The notes beneath the pieces were generated by a model. That model made no database searches and was not told the DNA's origin. It was given only the letters and a program-made list of their open reading frames with translations. Below are positions 28,467-37,901 of a stretch of DNA of 64,000 nucleotides, one piece after another. This stretch comes from Chitinophagales bacterium (lineage in GTDB: Bacteria > Bacteroidota > Bacteroidia > Chitinophagales > JADIYW01): positions 507,153-571,152 of the forward strand of contig JAXLTX010000003.1 of assembly GCA_046329775.1 (NCBI GenBank), written 5' to 3'. Every line of letters begins with the position of its first letter. The stretch's first letter is position 1. The translations under genes were made by a program, and so were the position numbers.

Positions 28467-29954
28467 TTAAAAGCTGACGTTTAGCATATAATTTCCGCTT
28501 ACCGTGACATTTGCGATATAGCCGCCTTCCACTTTTGTCACTACAGTGGAAAGTATGTTTGTTCCAGCTATATGCGGCTCTCCGAATCTATCCGGAATCC
28601 ATATTGTGGTAACACCCTGCGAGGTTGATTTTGCCTGTAACTCCATCGTCCCATTATCCGGACTGGAAACTAATTTTACGGGCTTACCGAAAATGGCATT
28701 CGGTCTTGACCTGTTCAACACATTCAGATAGTATTCGTTTTTGACTCCCGTAAAATTTCCATTCTTATCTACTTCCAAAAGATGTGTGGAAGTATTGTCA
28801 TATTGCATACCGTCCCAGCTGATACCATGCGGATCGCCGGGAGCCTGTGCCCATTGCCACCAGGTGGAGCTACTGAAATTGGCATCTTCTTTTTTGGCAA
28901 ATCGCTTATATTTTTCCACATCGTCCACCGGATTCCCGAAGAACCCAAACTCACCGATAAAGGTGCCCGTTTTGTAGGCGCCGGACAGACCGTACAATAA
29001 ATCCAAGCCCTGTTCAATCGTCAACAGATAGGAAATGGACTCAAAATAGTGATGCGGCGCGAAGATGGTGTTTTCATCCGTAATCAAATCAACAGAGGGA
29101 ACAAAAGGAATCGGTTGCCCGTTCCAGGTTACACTCATTTCAAAGAAGATAATATGCCGAAATGCCTTAGACTCCTGCTCTGCAGCACGAATGGCATTCG
29201 TTGCCTTTCTGTAAAATTTGGCCAGTTTATCCGCTTCCAGATTGATAGGTCTGTATCCTAAATTAGGTTCATTCAACAGGTCGTATCCCACTACATTTGC
29301 ATAGCCAGCCGTCTGTTTCGCCAATGCCTTCCAGGCATTCACCGCCGCATCCTGGATGCCATCGGTATTATCCCAAAAATGCTGAAAGGCGTGATAAACG
29401 GCGGGTGCACTTTCGCGAGAGCCATCGCTTGTGCAGGTGGAAGCACCGTCTGTCGTGGTTGCCCAATCGGGAGCGCCATCCCAGCCTTTGTTGGGCTTAT
29501 CGCAAGCCTCACTTGCAGGGCTAACTATATACTTTCCCCAGGCATCCTGATGCATATCCAGCAGCACGTAGATATCATATTTTGCAGCTGTTTCAATGAC
29601 GGTCTTTAGTTGATTGATATAATCCTGATCATACTGACCTCGTACCGGTTCCAATTTACTCCAACTAAACAACAATCGAATACAGTTGACACCATAACTT
29701 GCCATCAGCTTCAGGTCATTTTCTTCATATGGCTTGACATTGGCTACAGCTGCATTTCCCTGCCAGTAATCGCCCAGTGAATTATAGTTTACTCCGCGTA
29801 AAATGACGAACCTTCCTTGCTGGTCGTAAATCCCAGGATTATCGCCCCGTTTAGCGTATAGCAACGTTTCTGGAACGGCATTGGATTTTTCCTTTTTGCA
29901 GGAAAAGAACAAAATGCCAAGCATAACCATCAAAAAATATCTTGACAACTTCAT
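28467..29954 (-). CDS. GH5 glycoside hydrolase lipoprotein, endoglycoceramidase-like
   Basis: LRGVNYN, IRLLFSWSKLEP, VLLDMHQD, GAPDWA, GYDLLNEP (acid/base), APHHY, IGEFG (nucleophile), WWQW; lipobox FFSC. Confidence 0.85.
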   Translation of the reverse strand: MKLSRYFLMVMLGILFFSCKKEKSNAVPETLLYAKRGDNPGIYDQQGRFVILRGVNYNSLGDYWQGNAAVANVKPYEENDLKLMASYGVNCIRLLFSWSKLEPVRGQYDQDYINQLKTVIETAAKYDIYVLLDMHQDAWGKYIVSPASEACDKPNKGWDGAPDWATTTDGASTCTSDGSRESAPAVYHAFQHFWDNTDGIQDAAVNAWKALAKQTAGYANVVGYDLLNEPNLGYRPINLEADKLAKFYRKATNAIRAAEQESKAFRHIIFFEMSVTWNGQPIPFVPSVDLITDENTIFAPHHYFESISYLLTIEQGLDLLYGLSGAYKTGTFIGEFGFFGNPVDDVEKYKRFAKKEDANFSSSTWWQWAQAPGDPHGISWDGMQYDNTSTHLLEVDKNGNFTGVKNEYYLNVLNRSRPNAIFGKPVKLVSSPDNGTMELQAKSTSQGVTTIWIPDRFGEPHIAGTNILSTVVTKVEGGYIANVTVSGNYMLNVSF

Positions 29955-29984
29955 GCCTACTAATCTACTGATTTTACTTTAAAT

Positions 29985-30018
29985 AAAAAACCGCCAGGAA
30001 GTCCCGACGGTTTTTTTT
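29985..30018 (-). terminator. Imperfect hairpin terminator after aconitase
   Basis: AAAAAACCG...CGGTTTTTT flanked by A/T tracts. Confidence 0.55.
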
Positions 30019-30056
30019 CAGATTGACACTATCGCATTAAGCGTTAGTATCTGATA

Positions 30057-32324
30057 TTATCCTGCTACCTGTTGTTTAATCAGATTCAAGGCTGAACCCG
30101 CTTTAAACCAGCCGATTTGCTGCTCATTGTAAGAATGTGCCACCTCGAATGCATCCGTAGATCCATCTGCATGGTGTAATACTATCGTCAGGTTTTTACC
30201 CGGAGCGAATTCCGTCAAACCAATGATATCAATGGTATCATTTTCCTGCACTTTTTCATAATCTTCCTTGTTTACGAAGGTTAGTGCCAACATGCCTTGT
30301 TTCTTCAGGTTGGTTTCATGGATACGAGCGAATGATTTCACCACCACCGCACGTGCACCTAAGTGACGTGGCTCCATGGCAGCATGCTCACGGGATGAAC
30401 CTTCACCATAGTTTTCGTCGCCGAATACCACAGACCCCAAACCGGCAGCCTTATATGCTCTTGCTGTAGCAGGTACCGCACCGTATTCGCCTGTCAGTTG
30501 ATTCAGCACGTTGTCTGTTTTATCATTGAACGCGTTTACCGCACCGATCAACATATTATTAGAGATGTTATCCAAATGACCTCTGTAACGCAACCATGGT
30601 CCAGCCATAGAGATATGGTCAGTGGTACATTTTCCTTTTGCCTTAATCAATAATTTCAAGCCTTTCAGGTCTGTTCCCTCCCAAGGTTTGAAACCTTCAA
30701 GCAACTGCAAACGATCTGAGGTAGGGTTTACAATCACTTCAACGGAAGAACCATCTTCTGCCGGCGCCTGGAATCCCGCATCTTCTACGGCAAAACCGTT
30801 TGGCGGCAATTCAAAACCTGTCGGTTCGTCCAGTTTCACCTGGTCTCCGTTTTCGTTCGTTAAGGTATCTGTCAATGGATTGAAATCTAAACGACCTGCA
30901 ATCGCTAACGCAGTCACCAATTCCGGAGAACCTACGAAAGCATACGTATTGGGATTACCATCTGCACGTTTTGCGAAGTTTCTGTTAAACGAGTGAACGA
31001 TGGTATTTTTTTCACCCAGTTCAGCACCTTCTCTGCTCCATTGTCCGATACAAGGTCCACATGCATTGGCGAATACATTGGCACCGATCTCATCAAACAA
31101 CTTGATGAATCCGTCTCTTTCAATAGTATACCTTACTTGCTCTGAGCCCGGTGTGATGGTAAATTGCGCCTTTGATTTCAAGCCTTTTTCCTTCACCTGT
31201 TTTGCAAGGGAAGCGGCACGAGAAATATCTTCATATGAAGAGTTGGTACAAGAACCGATCAAACCAACTTTCACTTCCAGAGGCCAGCCGTTCTTTACCG
31301 CTTCTTCTTTCATTTTAGAGATAGGAGTCGCTAAATCCGGAGTGAAAGGACCATTTAAATGTGGCTCTAACGTATTTAAATCGATTTCAATCACCTGATC
31401 GAAATATTTCTCAGGCTCGTCGTAACATTCTTTATCAGCGTTCAGGTATGTCTTGATGGTATCTGCCAATTCAGCCACTTCCGCTCTTCCCGTTCCTTTA
31501 AGGTATCTCGACATAGAGTCATCGTAACCGAAAGTAGAGGTGGTGGCACCGATTTCAGCACCCATGTTCGCGATGGTACCTTTTCCTGTGCAAGACATCG
31601 AAGTCACCCCTTCACCAAAATATTCCACGATAGCACCTGTACCGCCTTTCACGGTCAGAATACCTGCCACTTTCAAAATCACATCTTTAGGAGATGTCCA
31701 GCCATTCAGTTTTCCGGTCAATTTAACACCAATCAATTTAGGCCATTTCAATTCCCAGGCCATGCCTGCCATCACGTCTACCGCATCTGCGCCACCAACA
31801 CCAATGGCTATCATACCCAGACCACCTGCGTTTACCGTGTGTGAGTCTGTACCAATCATCATGCCGCCCGGGAAAGCATAATTTTCCAAAACCACCTGAT
31901 GGATGATTCCTGCGCCCGGCTTCCAGAAACCTAAGCCGTATTTATTAGAAACAGAAGCTAAGAAATTATAGACTTCGTTGTTTTTATTGATTGCTTCCTG
32001 CAAATCCTTGTCTGCACCGATTTTTGCCTGAATCAGGTGATCGGCATGTACCGTTGAAGGAACGGCCACTTTTTTACGTCCAGCCTGCATGAACTGCAAT
32101 AAGGCCATCTGTGCCGTAGCATCCTGCATGGCTACTCTGTCCGGAGCAAAATCCACATACGACTTTCCACGTTCAAAATTTTGCAGATCCTGCGACTCGT
32201 GTAGGTGTGCAAAAAGGATTTTTTCCGCCAGTGTTAAAGGGCGGTTTAACAATGCTTTCGCTCTGTCTACTTTTGCAGGAAATTCTGCGTAGACCTTTTT
32301 AATCATATCCAAATCAAAAATCAT
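30057..32324 (-). CDS. acnA: Aconitate hydratase (mitochondrial-type, Bacteroidota)
   Basis: [49 protein letters not shown] (Fe-S Cys), [17 protein letters not shown]. Confidence 0.97.
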   Translation of the reverse strand: MIFDLDMIKKVYAEFPAKVDRAKALLNRPLTLAEKILFAHLHESQDLQNFERGKSYVDFAPDRVAMQDATAQMALLQFMQAGRKKVAVPSTVHADHLIQAKIGADKDLQEAINKNNEVYNFLASVSNKYGLGFWKPGAGIIHQVVLENYAFPGGMMIGTDSHTVNAGGLGMIAIGVGGADAVDVMAGMAWELKWPKLIGVKLTGKLNGWTSPKDVILKVAGILTVKGGTGAIVEYFGEGVTSMSCTGKGTIANMGAEIGATTSTFGYDDSMSRYLKGTGRAEVAELADTIKTYLNADKECYDEPEKYFDQVIEIDLNTLEPHLNGPFTPDLATPISKMKEEAVKNGWPLEVKVGLIGSCTNSSYEDISRAASLAKQVKEKGLKSKAQFTITPGSEQVRYTIERDGFIKLFDEIGANVFANACGPCIGQWSREGAELGEKNTIVHSFNRNFAKRADGNPNTYAFVGSPELVTALAIAGRLDFNPLTDTLTNENGDQVKLDEPTGFELPPNGFAVEDAGFQAPAEDGSSVEVIVNPTSDRLQLLEGFKPWEGTDLKGLKLLIKAKGKCTTDHISMAGPWLRYRGHLDNISNNMLIGAVNAFNDKTDNVLNQLTGEYGAVPATARAYKAAGLGSVVFGDENYGEGSSREHAAMEPRHLGARAVVVKSFARIHETNLKKQGMLALTFVNKEDYEKVQENDTIDIIGLTEFAPGKNLTIVLHHADGSTDAFEVAHSYNEQQIGWFKAGSALNLIKQQVAG

Positions 32325-32369
32325 GGAATAAATATTTAAAAGATTAGAAATAAGATTTTAAATCGACCG

Positions 32370-32377
32370 CAAAGGTA
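32370..32377 (-). promoter_or_regulatory. -7 element (TACCTTTG) for aconitase
   Basis: Exact TAnnTTTG upstream of the start codon. Confidence 0.6.
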
Positions 32378-32436
32378 CGATTTTTTGATTAGAAATATTT
32401 ATTTATCACTTGAAAACCATGTAAATTATTCATAAT

Positions 32437-32883
32437 TTGAGGAGAAATAACAAATTTCAGAAGATGCCAGCATATTCGACCCACGAAGAGATCCTGAAAG
32501 GAATTCAAGCCTTCAACAAACGTGCTTATAATGCCGGCTTTGAGTTTAAGGTCTACACTTCCGACCAACATTGCCTGTATATTCAGGCCAGTTTTGATTT
32601 TGCCTATTACGTAAATGTAGATATTGAATGCCGTGAAGTGTTCTATACCAATATCTCACCTAATGATTCCTGGCCGGACGCCTGGCATGCCGACCAGATG
32701 TTCCTGCTGGATGATGATGAATTGGCAAATATCATTGAATTCCGAGAAGTTGAGATTCCGGAGGGAAAGACAGTATTCGGAATTGTCTTTAATATTATCG
32801 GAAGGGACAATCACCACATCACTGGCACGGTTATCTGTTCTTCACTCTATATCAACTGGCGGTTTCCTCAACGAGAAGAGTAG
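32437..32883 (+). CDS. Hypothetical protein
   Basis: 148-aa ORF filling the gap, with plausible acidic globular composition; start may be MPAYST (~32464). Confidence 0.55.
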   Translation: MRRNNKFQKMPAYSTHEEILKGIQAFNKRAYNAGFEFKVYTSDQHCLYIQASFDFAYYVNVDIECREVFYTNISPNDSWPDAWHADQMFLLDDDELANIIEFREVEIPEGKTVFGIVFNIIGRDNHHITGTVICSSLYINWRFPQREE

Positions 32884-32884
32884 A

Positions 32885-33988
32885 CTAAATCTTCATCTTG
32901 CTCAAAATAAAATCTGCCACTCTCCTGTTTACCTGCCGGCTGGCGTGCGGATCAGAGTCATTGATCATTTTTTCTTCCCGTCTCATATCTTTCGTTAATG
33001 CATCCACGCGAACAACATCGACCGCCTTGGATGCAAAATGGTCCGCTATAAATCTTGTATGCTTGTTGAAAACATGATTGTCATCCACTGCAAACAGCGG
33101 AAAACTGAGCAGTACCAGCTTTATGTCATTATCCTTACAATACGTTATGACGGCATCGCAGTCGCTGAGGTGCTGTTTGATGAGTTCCTTATTTCTGATA
33201 CCTTTTTCAAGGGCACGCAAGTAAGCAGATGCATCTTCATGTGGAATTGACCAATACAGATAATTGAAGAAAAAACTGCCTTTTGTGATTTTGCGGATCC
33301 ATACATTATTCTCCCGATAAGGCGTAAAGGAAAACGCATAGTCATATGCCAGCAAAAGTTCATCAATATCATTAAAGAAATACTGCCAGAATACTATGGC
33401 GGGCTTTACCGGCGCCGACTTCAGGATATCCAACTCCTTTTGAGTCCCTATGCCGTTAATGCCCAGATTGTACACATTGCAATCTATCCTTGACGCTTTG
33501 AACAAATCACTGTATCGATCGCTGACATCTTCTATGCCGTGGCCTGCCGTAAAGGAATCGCCGATAAAGAATATCGTTCTTTTACCAGAGTCCTGTGGTT
33601 TAGCATCATCTCTGAATCCGTTTCCATTTATTGGATTCCAATACTTCAGCATCCATAATTTTCCGGCATAAGAATAGCCGATGGCATGACTTTTTGTTTT
33701 GCAGGTAAAATACAATTCCACTCCGTAAAAAATGATAACGGAGCTAATGACCGAAAAGAACACCGGCTTCCATTTTGCTGCGATTGTCGGATTCTTGGAG
33801 ATATATCTCACATAAGTCAGCAGCAGCATAAGCAGCATTACAACCAGATAAATCTTTCTGTTCAGTAGAATCCGTTGCAGTTCGGGAATATGCTGATTGC
33901 CGGAAAACTGCTTTGGAATATCGATAAATACCGCGTAATTCAATACGAGCAACGTAATGGAAATCAGGGCTATCCGGATATATTTCAT
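32885..33988 (-). CDS. SGNH/GDSL hydrolase family protein with N-terminal TM segments
   Basis: FIGDSFTAGHG (block I), NLGING (block II), FFND (block III), DPHAS (block V); NGNGFRD. Confidence 0.85.
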   Translation of the reverse strand: MKYIRIALISITLLVLNYAVFIDIPKQFSGNQHIPELQRILLNRKIYLVVMLLMLLLTYVRYISKNPTIAAKWKPVFFSVISSVIIFYGVELYFTCKTKSHAIGYSYAGKLWMLKYWNPINGNGFRDDAKPQDSGKRTIFFIGDSFTAGHGIEDVSDRYSDLFKASRIDCNVYNLGINGIGTQKELDILKSAPVKPAIVFWQYFFNDIDELLLAYDYAFSFTPYRENNVWIRKITKGSFFFNYLYWSIPHEDASAYLRALEKGIRNKELIKQHLSDCDAVITYCKDNDIKLVLLSFPLFAVDDNHVFNKHTRFIADHFASKAVDVVRVDALTKDMRREEKMINDSDPHASRQVNRRVADFILSKMKI

Positions 33989-34078
33989 CGCATGCTTTGT
34001 TTGTAAAAATATGAATAAAACACAGCAGATTGTAAGGTTTCTGTAATTTTTGGGACAAATAACATCTATATTTACAAC

Positions 34079-35314
34079 ATGAACTTTCTGGAAGTTTTAC
34101 AATTAGCCTACCGTTCGGTCAAAGCCAATATCGTTCGCACCGTGATTACCTGCTGTATCATCGGTTTCGGCATCATGGCGTTGGTAGGCATCCTGACTTC
34201 GGTAGATGGGCTAAAAAGCTATCTCTCCAAGAGTTTCAGCAGCATGGGCGCAGGTACGTTCAAGATACGCAACAGAAGCCTGGGGTTCAACCTCGACTCG
34301 GACAAGGATGCTCCGGTAAAGGTATTTAGAAGCATCACCTATCTGGAAGCCATGCAGTTCAAGGCAAAATTCAATGAGCGATACGCCACTTCCATTCAAT
34401 ACATAGGCAATCAGGGTTCTACGGTGAAATACAGCAATAAGAAAACCAACCCCAACATACTGGTTTTCGGCTCCGATGAGAATTACATCACCAACGAAAG
34501 CTACACCCTGCTTCAGGGACGGAATTTTACGGAGACAGAGTTAAAAACAGGCACCAATGTGGTATTGCTTGGATTTACGGTTGCCAAGAAACTGTTTGGA
34601 AAGCAGTATGACATAACAGACAAGATTGTCAGGATTGACGATGTTAAATTCAAGGTAATCGGCGTGCTGGATGAAAAAGGGTCCAGTTTCATCACAACAG
34701 ACAACCTTGCACTGATTCCGCTTTCAAAAGCTAGACAGCTATATCCGCAGAACAATCCTTCTTTTGTCATAAGTGTAAAGGGCAAAGATCCGGAAAACAT
34801 GACTCCGGTGCAGGATGAAGCCACCCTACTGATGCGCAATGTCCGCAAGTTGCATCCCGGTGAAGACGTCAACTTCGACCTGCTCAAGAGCGACAGCATC
34901 TCCGGCATGTTTGTAGAAAAGATGAGTTATGCCACCACTGCGGGATTCATCATCGGCATCATCACGCTGATTGGAGCTGCCATCGGTTTAATGAATATCA
35001 TGCTGGTGAGTGTAACGGAACGGACGAAGGAAATCGGAACATTGAAAGCCATTGGTGCCATGAATCAAACGATACGATTACAGTTCCTGCTGGAAGCCAT
35101 CGTCATCTGCCAGATGGGTGGAATCTTAGGTATCCTTTTGGGCATCATTGCCGGCAATGCCGTATCGCTCTCTATCGGCGGTACATTCATTATCCCATGG
35201 GTATGGATGTTGATGGGGGTTGTATTTTGCCTGGTGGTCGGGCTGGTTTCCGGCATCTATCCGGCCTTTAAAGCGTCGAAATTAAATCCGATCGAAGCAT
35301 TGAGATATGAGTAA
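34079..35314 (+). CDS. ABC transporter permease, MacB/FtsX family
   Basis: GIMALVGILT, IGAAIGLMNIMLVSVTERTKEIGTLKAIGA, YPAFKASKLNPIEALRYE. Confidence 0.95.
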   Translation: MNFLEVLQLAYRSVKANIVRTVITCCIIGFGIMALVGILTSVDGLKSYLSKSFSSMGAGTFKIRNRSLGFNLDSDKDAPVKVFRSITYLEAMQFKAKFNERYATSIQYIGNQGSTVKYSNKKTNPNILVFGSDENYITNESYTLLQGRNFTETELKTGTNVVLLGFTVAKKLFGKQYDITDKIVRIDDVKFKVIGVLDEKGSSFITTDNLALIPLSKARQLYPQNNPSFVISVKGKDPENMTPVQDEATLLMRNVRKLHPGEDVNFDLLKSDSISGMFVEKMSYATTAGFIIGIITLIGAAIGLMNIMLVSVTERTKEIGTLKAIGAMNQTIRLQFLLEAIVICQMGGILGILLGIIAGNAVSLSIGGTFIIPWVWMLMGVVFCLVVGLVSGIYPAFKASKLNPIEALRYE

Positions 35315-35646
35315 ATTGTCATCTTAAAAGTAAAAATGTGCCTTTTATTATTTTCGTTATTTCTTTTTTCTTTAAACTCACAAATAAATACATAACTGTC
35401 TTGAGATGCATTTGAGTTGTTGTAGATTCCGTTCCATTTATCGGTCAATTGAAAAGCCTCAAAGACTTTATTTCCCAAACGATTAAATATCTGCAAATGA
35501 TAGATATTTCAAATTTTTAAAAAAAATACAAACTATTTTAACAAACTAGGTGATATTGGTTTCAAAATATTATTGTGTTTAGACACATTAAAAATGAAAT
35601 AAAAGCCTCTAAACTAGATCCGATTGAAGCGTTGAGATATGAGTAA
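35270..35646 (+). repeat. Direct repeat of the permease 3' end (35270-35314 and 35602-35646)
   Basis: 39/45 nt identical. Copy 1 reads KASKLNPIEALRYE*, copy 2 KASKLDPIEALRYE*. The terminal TTGAGATATGAGTAA (15 bp) is identical. Confidence 0.9.
35319..35580 (-). pseudogene. Remnant of a T9SS type B (CHU_C / gliding-motility-associated) C-terminal domain
   Basis: LQIFNRLGNKVFE...WNGIYN...DSYVFIC, then after a frameshift IIKGTFLLLR*; upstream NNILKPIS fragment in another frame. Confidence 0.7.
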
Positions 35647-35651
35647 TTGTA

Positions 35652-35753
35652 TCGTGCTATGATCAATCGAGATGCACATATAAAATAAGGTTGTGTGCGA
35701 GATTATCCGTATTTTCTGTTCCATTCGCCAGATTCTAAACCATCTTTTAAGCG
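35652..35753 (-). pseudogene. Remnant of the C-terminus of a class I SAM-dependent methyltransferase
   Basis: RLKDGLESGEWNRKYG*SRTQPYFICASRLIIAR resembles the remembered family tail L..DL.SGEWD.KYG..RTQP.F.(G/C)ALRL(I/V).A; one in-frame stop. Confidence 0.5.
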
Positions 35754-35866
35754 CTAACATTTGATTTATATCGAATAAAAGCGTTAATATGTAATTACAT
35801 AATAAAATATTTTTTTTGCAATATTCATTTTTTAATATTAATATTGTACAAACTAAAATCATTCAC

Positions 35867-36232
35867 ATGAAAAACACATTAACAATTTCAATCTTTATTT
35901 TAGTTAATTTATTTGCAATGAGTAAAGAAAGTAAGTCAAATTATACAAAAAGAAAAGGACACTATGGTACTTGTACTCCAGTACCCGGCGATTGTCCTAT
36001 GCCCGAAATAGGTTGTTTTTCAGGCGGTGAACAATGCTTCGTAAAAGATTGCGAGTGTCCTTCATTTAGTGGATATACTACTCAATTATCATCACTGAGT
36101 GATACAGATAAATTAGCTATTGCTAAAAGGTTTGCAGAAAAAAATATGAAAGATGGAATGATTGATAATGAGAATGGAAAGAAAGAGTTAATAGAATTTG
36201 TTATCCAAACCATCAATTCATCTTTAAAATAG
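35867..36232 (+). CDS. Small secreted Cys-rich protein (121 aa)
   Basis: Sec-like leader MKNTLTISIFILVNLFA; C-x6-C-x6-C-x6-C-x4-C-x-C at residues 36-64. Start set at ATG 35867. Confidence 0.7.
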   Translation: MKNTLTISIFILVNLFAMSKESKSNYTKRKGHYGTCTPVPGDCPMPEIGCFSGGEQCFVKDCECPSFSGYTTQLSSLSDTDKLAIAKRFAEKNMKDGMIDNENGKKELIEFVIQTINSSLK

Positions 36233-36243
36233 TTTTTTTTGTA

Positions 36244-37398
36244 ATGTACTTATTAAATAGACTATCTTTTTTATACTTCTTTGGTATTTCCGCTACGCTA
36301 TTTAGTAAACAAAATTACGTTGAACTAAAAACAAAATATAGCGACTCTAAAATTGAAATTTCTCTCGGATCTCAAAGAATAATTAACGTAGGTAAGCCAA
36401 TCAATTTTACCCGTAAACTACATTACACCATAGATGATACCTCATTCATTGTATGGAATAATAAGCTGACAAATAAAATTGAATTTTATACTATTGAACC
36501 TTTCAAAATGATTGATTCAATAGATGTTAGTAATTTAATGTTGTCAGAAGACAATAATGTACTTGATATTATTCCCAACAAATCAACCGTTATTATTGTA
36601 ACTAAAAATTATTTACATATTATAGATCGAAAAGGAACTATTCTTTACAGCGAGAAAATAAATGATTACAACAACTCGAAACAAAAATATTATTATGGAA
36701 ATATTTACAACTGTTATGAATCGTATATATACGGAAATATTTTGTACATGTACGAATCATTTTATAAAGGTCCGCAAAATTTAGATTATTTTAACAAACC
36801 GATTGAGGTTAAATTTGATTTGGAAAATAAGACTAAAGTTTCCAATACAATTTACCAATCAAAATTACTGCAAAATAAAAAAATAAATTATGGATTGGTT
36901 AGAAATGCGTCAAAAATATCACATGATTCAATAGGGGTAATAACATTCCAAAATGATGCAAATATCTACCAATATAATTACGTAAACAATAAAATGGATA
37001 CTTTTGGTGGGAAATCAAGTTATCAAATTAAACCAATAGCTTCATTATCAAAAAAGTATTTCAAAGACCAGGAAATACAATTTAAACATTATTCACATCA
37101 GCCTTGGTATACTAATATTGTTTGGGATCCTTACAGAAAATGCTATTTTAGATTTTATCTTCAAGAAAGACTAAAAAATGATTCGACTCAAACCAATTCT
37201 TCTTTTCTTGACCGACATCTTATAATGATGTTATTTAATGATAGATTTGAATTAATAAATGAAAAAGATGTTGGACAATACAAACAATTCGGGTATGGTT
37301 ATTTGTTTATAACAAAAAATAATATTTATTTACAAGAAATAAGTAACTATATGAATAAAAGTGTAATAAGTCTTAAAGAAATACTGTTAAAAAAATGA
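36244..37398 (+). CDS. DUF4221-like 6-bladed beta-propeller protein
   Basis: WYTNIVWDPYRKCYFRF resembles the DUF4221 motif Y..L.YD.YR.VYYR; MMLFNDRFELINE; N-terminal hydrophobic leader. Confidence 0.65.
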   Translation: MYLLNRLSFLYFFGISATLFSKQNYVELKTKYSDSKIEISLGSQRIINVGKPINFTRKLHYTIDDTSFIVWNNKLTNKIEFYTIEPFKMIDSIDVSNLMLSEDNNVLDIIPNKSTVIIVTKNYLHIIDRKGTILYSEKINDYNNSKQKYYYGNIYNCYESYIYGNILYMYESFYKGPQNLDYFNKPIEVKFDLENKTKVSNTIYQSKLLQNKKINYGLVRNASKISHDSIGVITFQNDANIYQYNYVNNKMDTFGGKSSYQIKPIASLSKKYFKDQEIQFKHYSHQPWYTNIVWDPYRKCYFRFYLQERLKNDSTQTNSSFLDRHLIMMLFNDRFELINEKDVGQYKQFGYGYLFITKNNIYLQEISNYMNKSVISLKEILLKK

Positions 37399-37850
37399 AT
37401 AGGTATATTTTCCCTCTTCTGCTTCTGTTTAGTTCTTCTTTGATTAGCAAGGATTTTATAGATAGAGAAAAGAGAAAGAATATTGAGAATTATCTAAAGA
37501 ATGGTATAAAATGTATGGAAGACAAAGAATCTATTCATATTTATTTATTGCAATCTATAAAATGTGTTGGTTGCGCAGAGCACAATTTTGAGAATGTTAC
37601 TAAGAATGAAAATCCTAATATTAAGAAGCTTGCTATAGTTACAAGTCCAATAAAAAAAGATTTTCAAAGTATGATTACTAATATCCCGAATACAACTATT
37701 TATAATGATACTAGTTACATATATGGCAACTATGACATTTTTGTGAAAGATGATATTTTTGTAGATGTTAAGGCTGGCAAGATAGAAACCATTTTGTTAG
37801 TTTCATCCCATAAGTTTACTAAGTATCTTAGAAGAAAAGGTACTAAATAA
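37395..37850 (+). CDS. Hypothetical exported CxxC (thioredoxin-fold-like) protein
   Basis: Leader peptide; beta-strand IHIYLL followed by CVGC; 4-bp overlap with the propeller gene. Confidence 0.6.
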   Translation: MNRYIFPLLLLFSSSLISKDFIDREKRKNIENYLKNGIKCMEDKESIHIYLLQSIKCVGCAEHNFENVTKNENPNIKKLAIVTSPIKKDFQSMITNIPNTTIYNDTSYIYGNYDIFVKDDIFVDVKAGKIETILLVSSHKFTKYLRRKGTK

Positions 37851-37855
37851 AAAAC

Positions 37856-37874
37856 GCCGAACAGATTGTTCGGC
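37856..37874. terminator. Bidirectional terminator
   Basis: GCCGAACA-gat-TGTTCGGC with A/T tracts, between the cassette and rplI. Confidence 0.75.
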
Positions 37875-37901
37875 ATTTTATGTAATAAACATAGGGATTT
37901 A

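Noticed and set aside
35257-35496. 79-aa ORF as a functional gene
   Set aside because: It is the frameshifted CHU_C remnant running into the antisense of the permease; no start context or leader.
35614-35862. 82-aa minus-strand ORF
   Set aside because: Low-complexity AT-rich reading; the recognisable homology (methyltransferase tail) is in a different frame.
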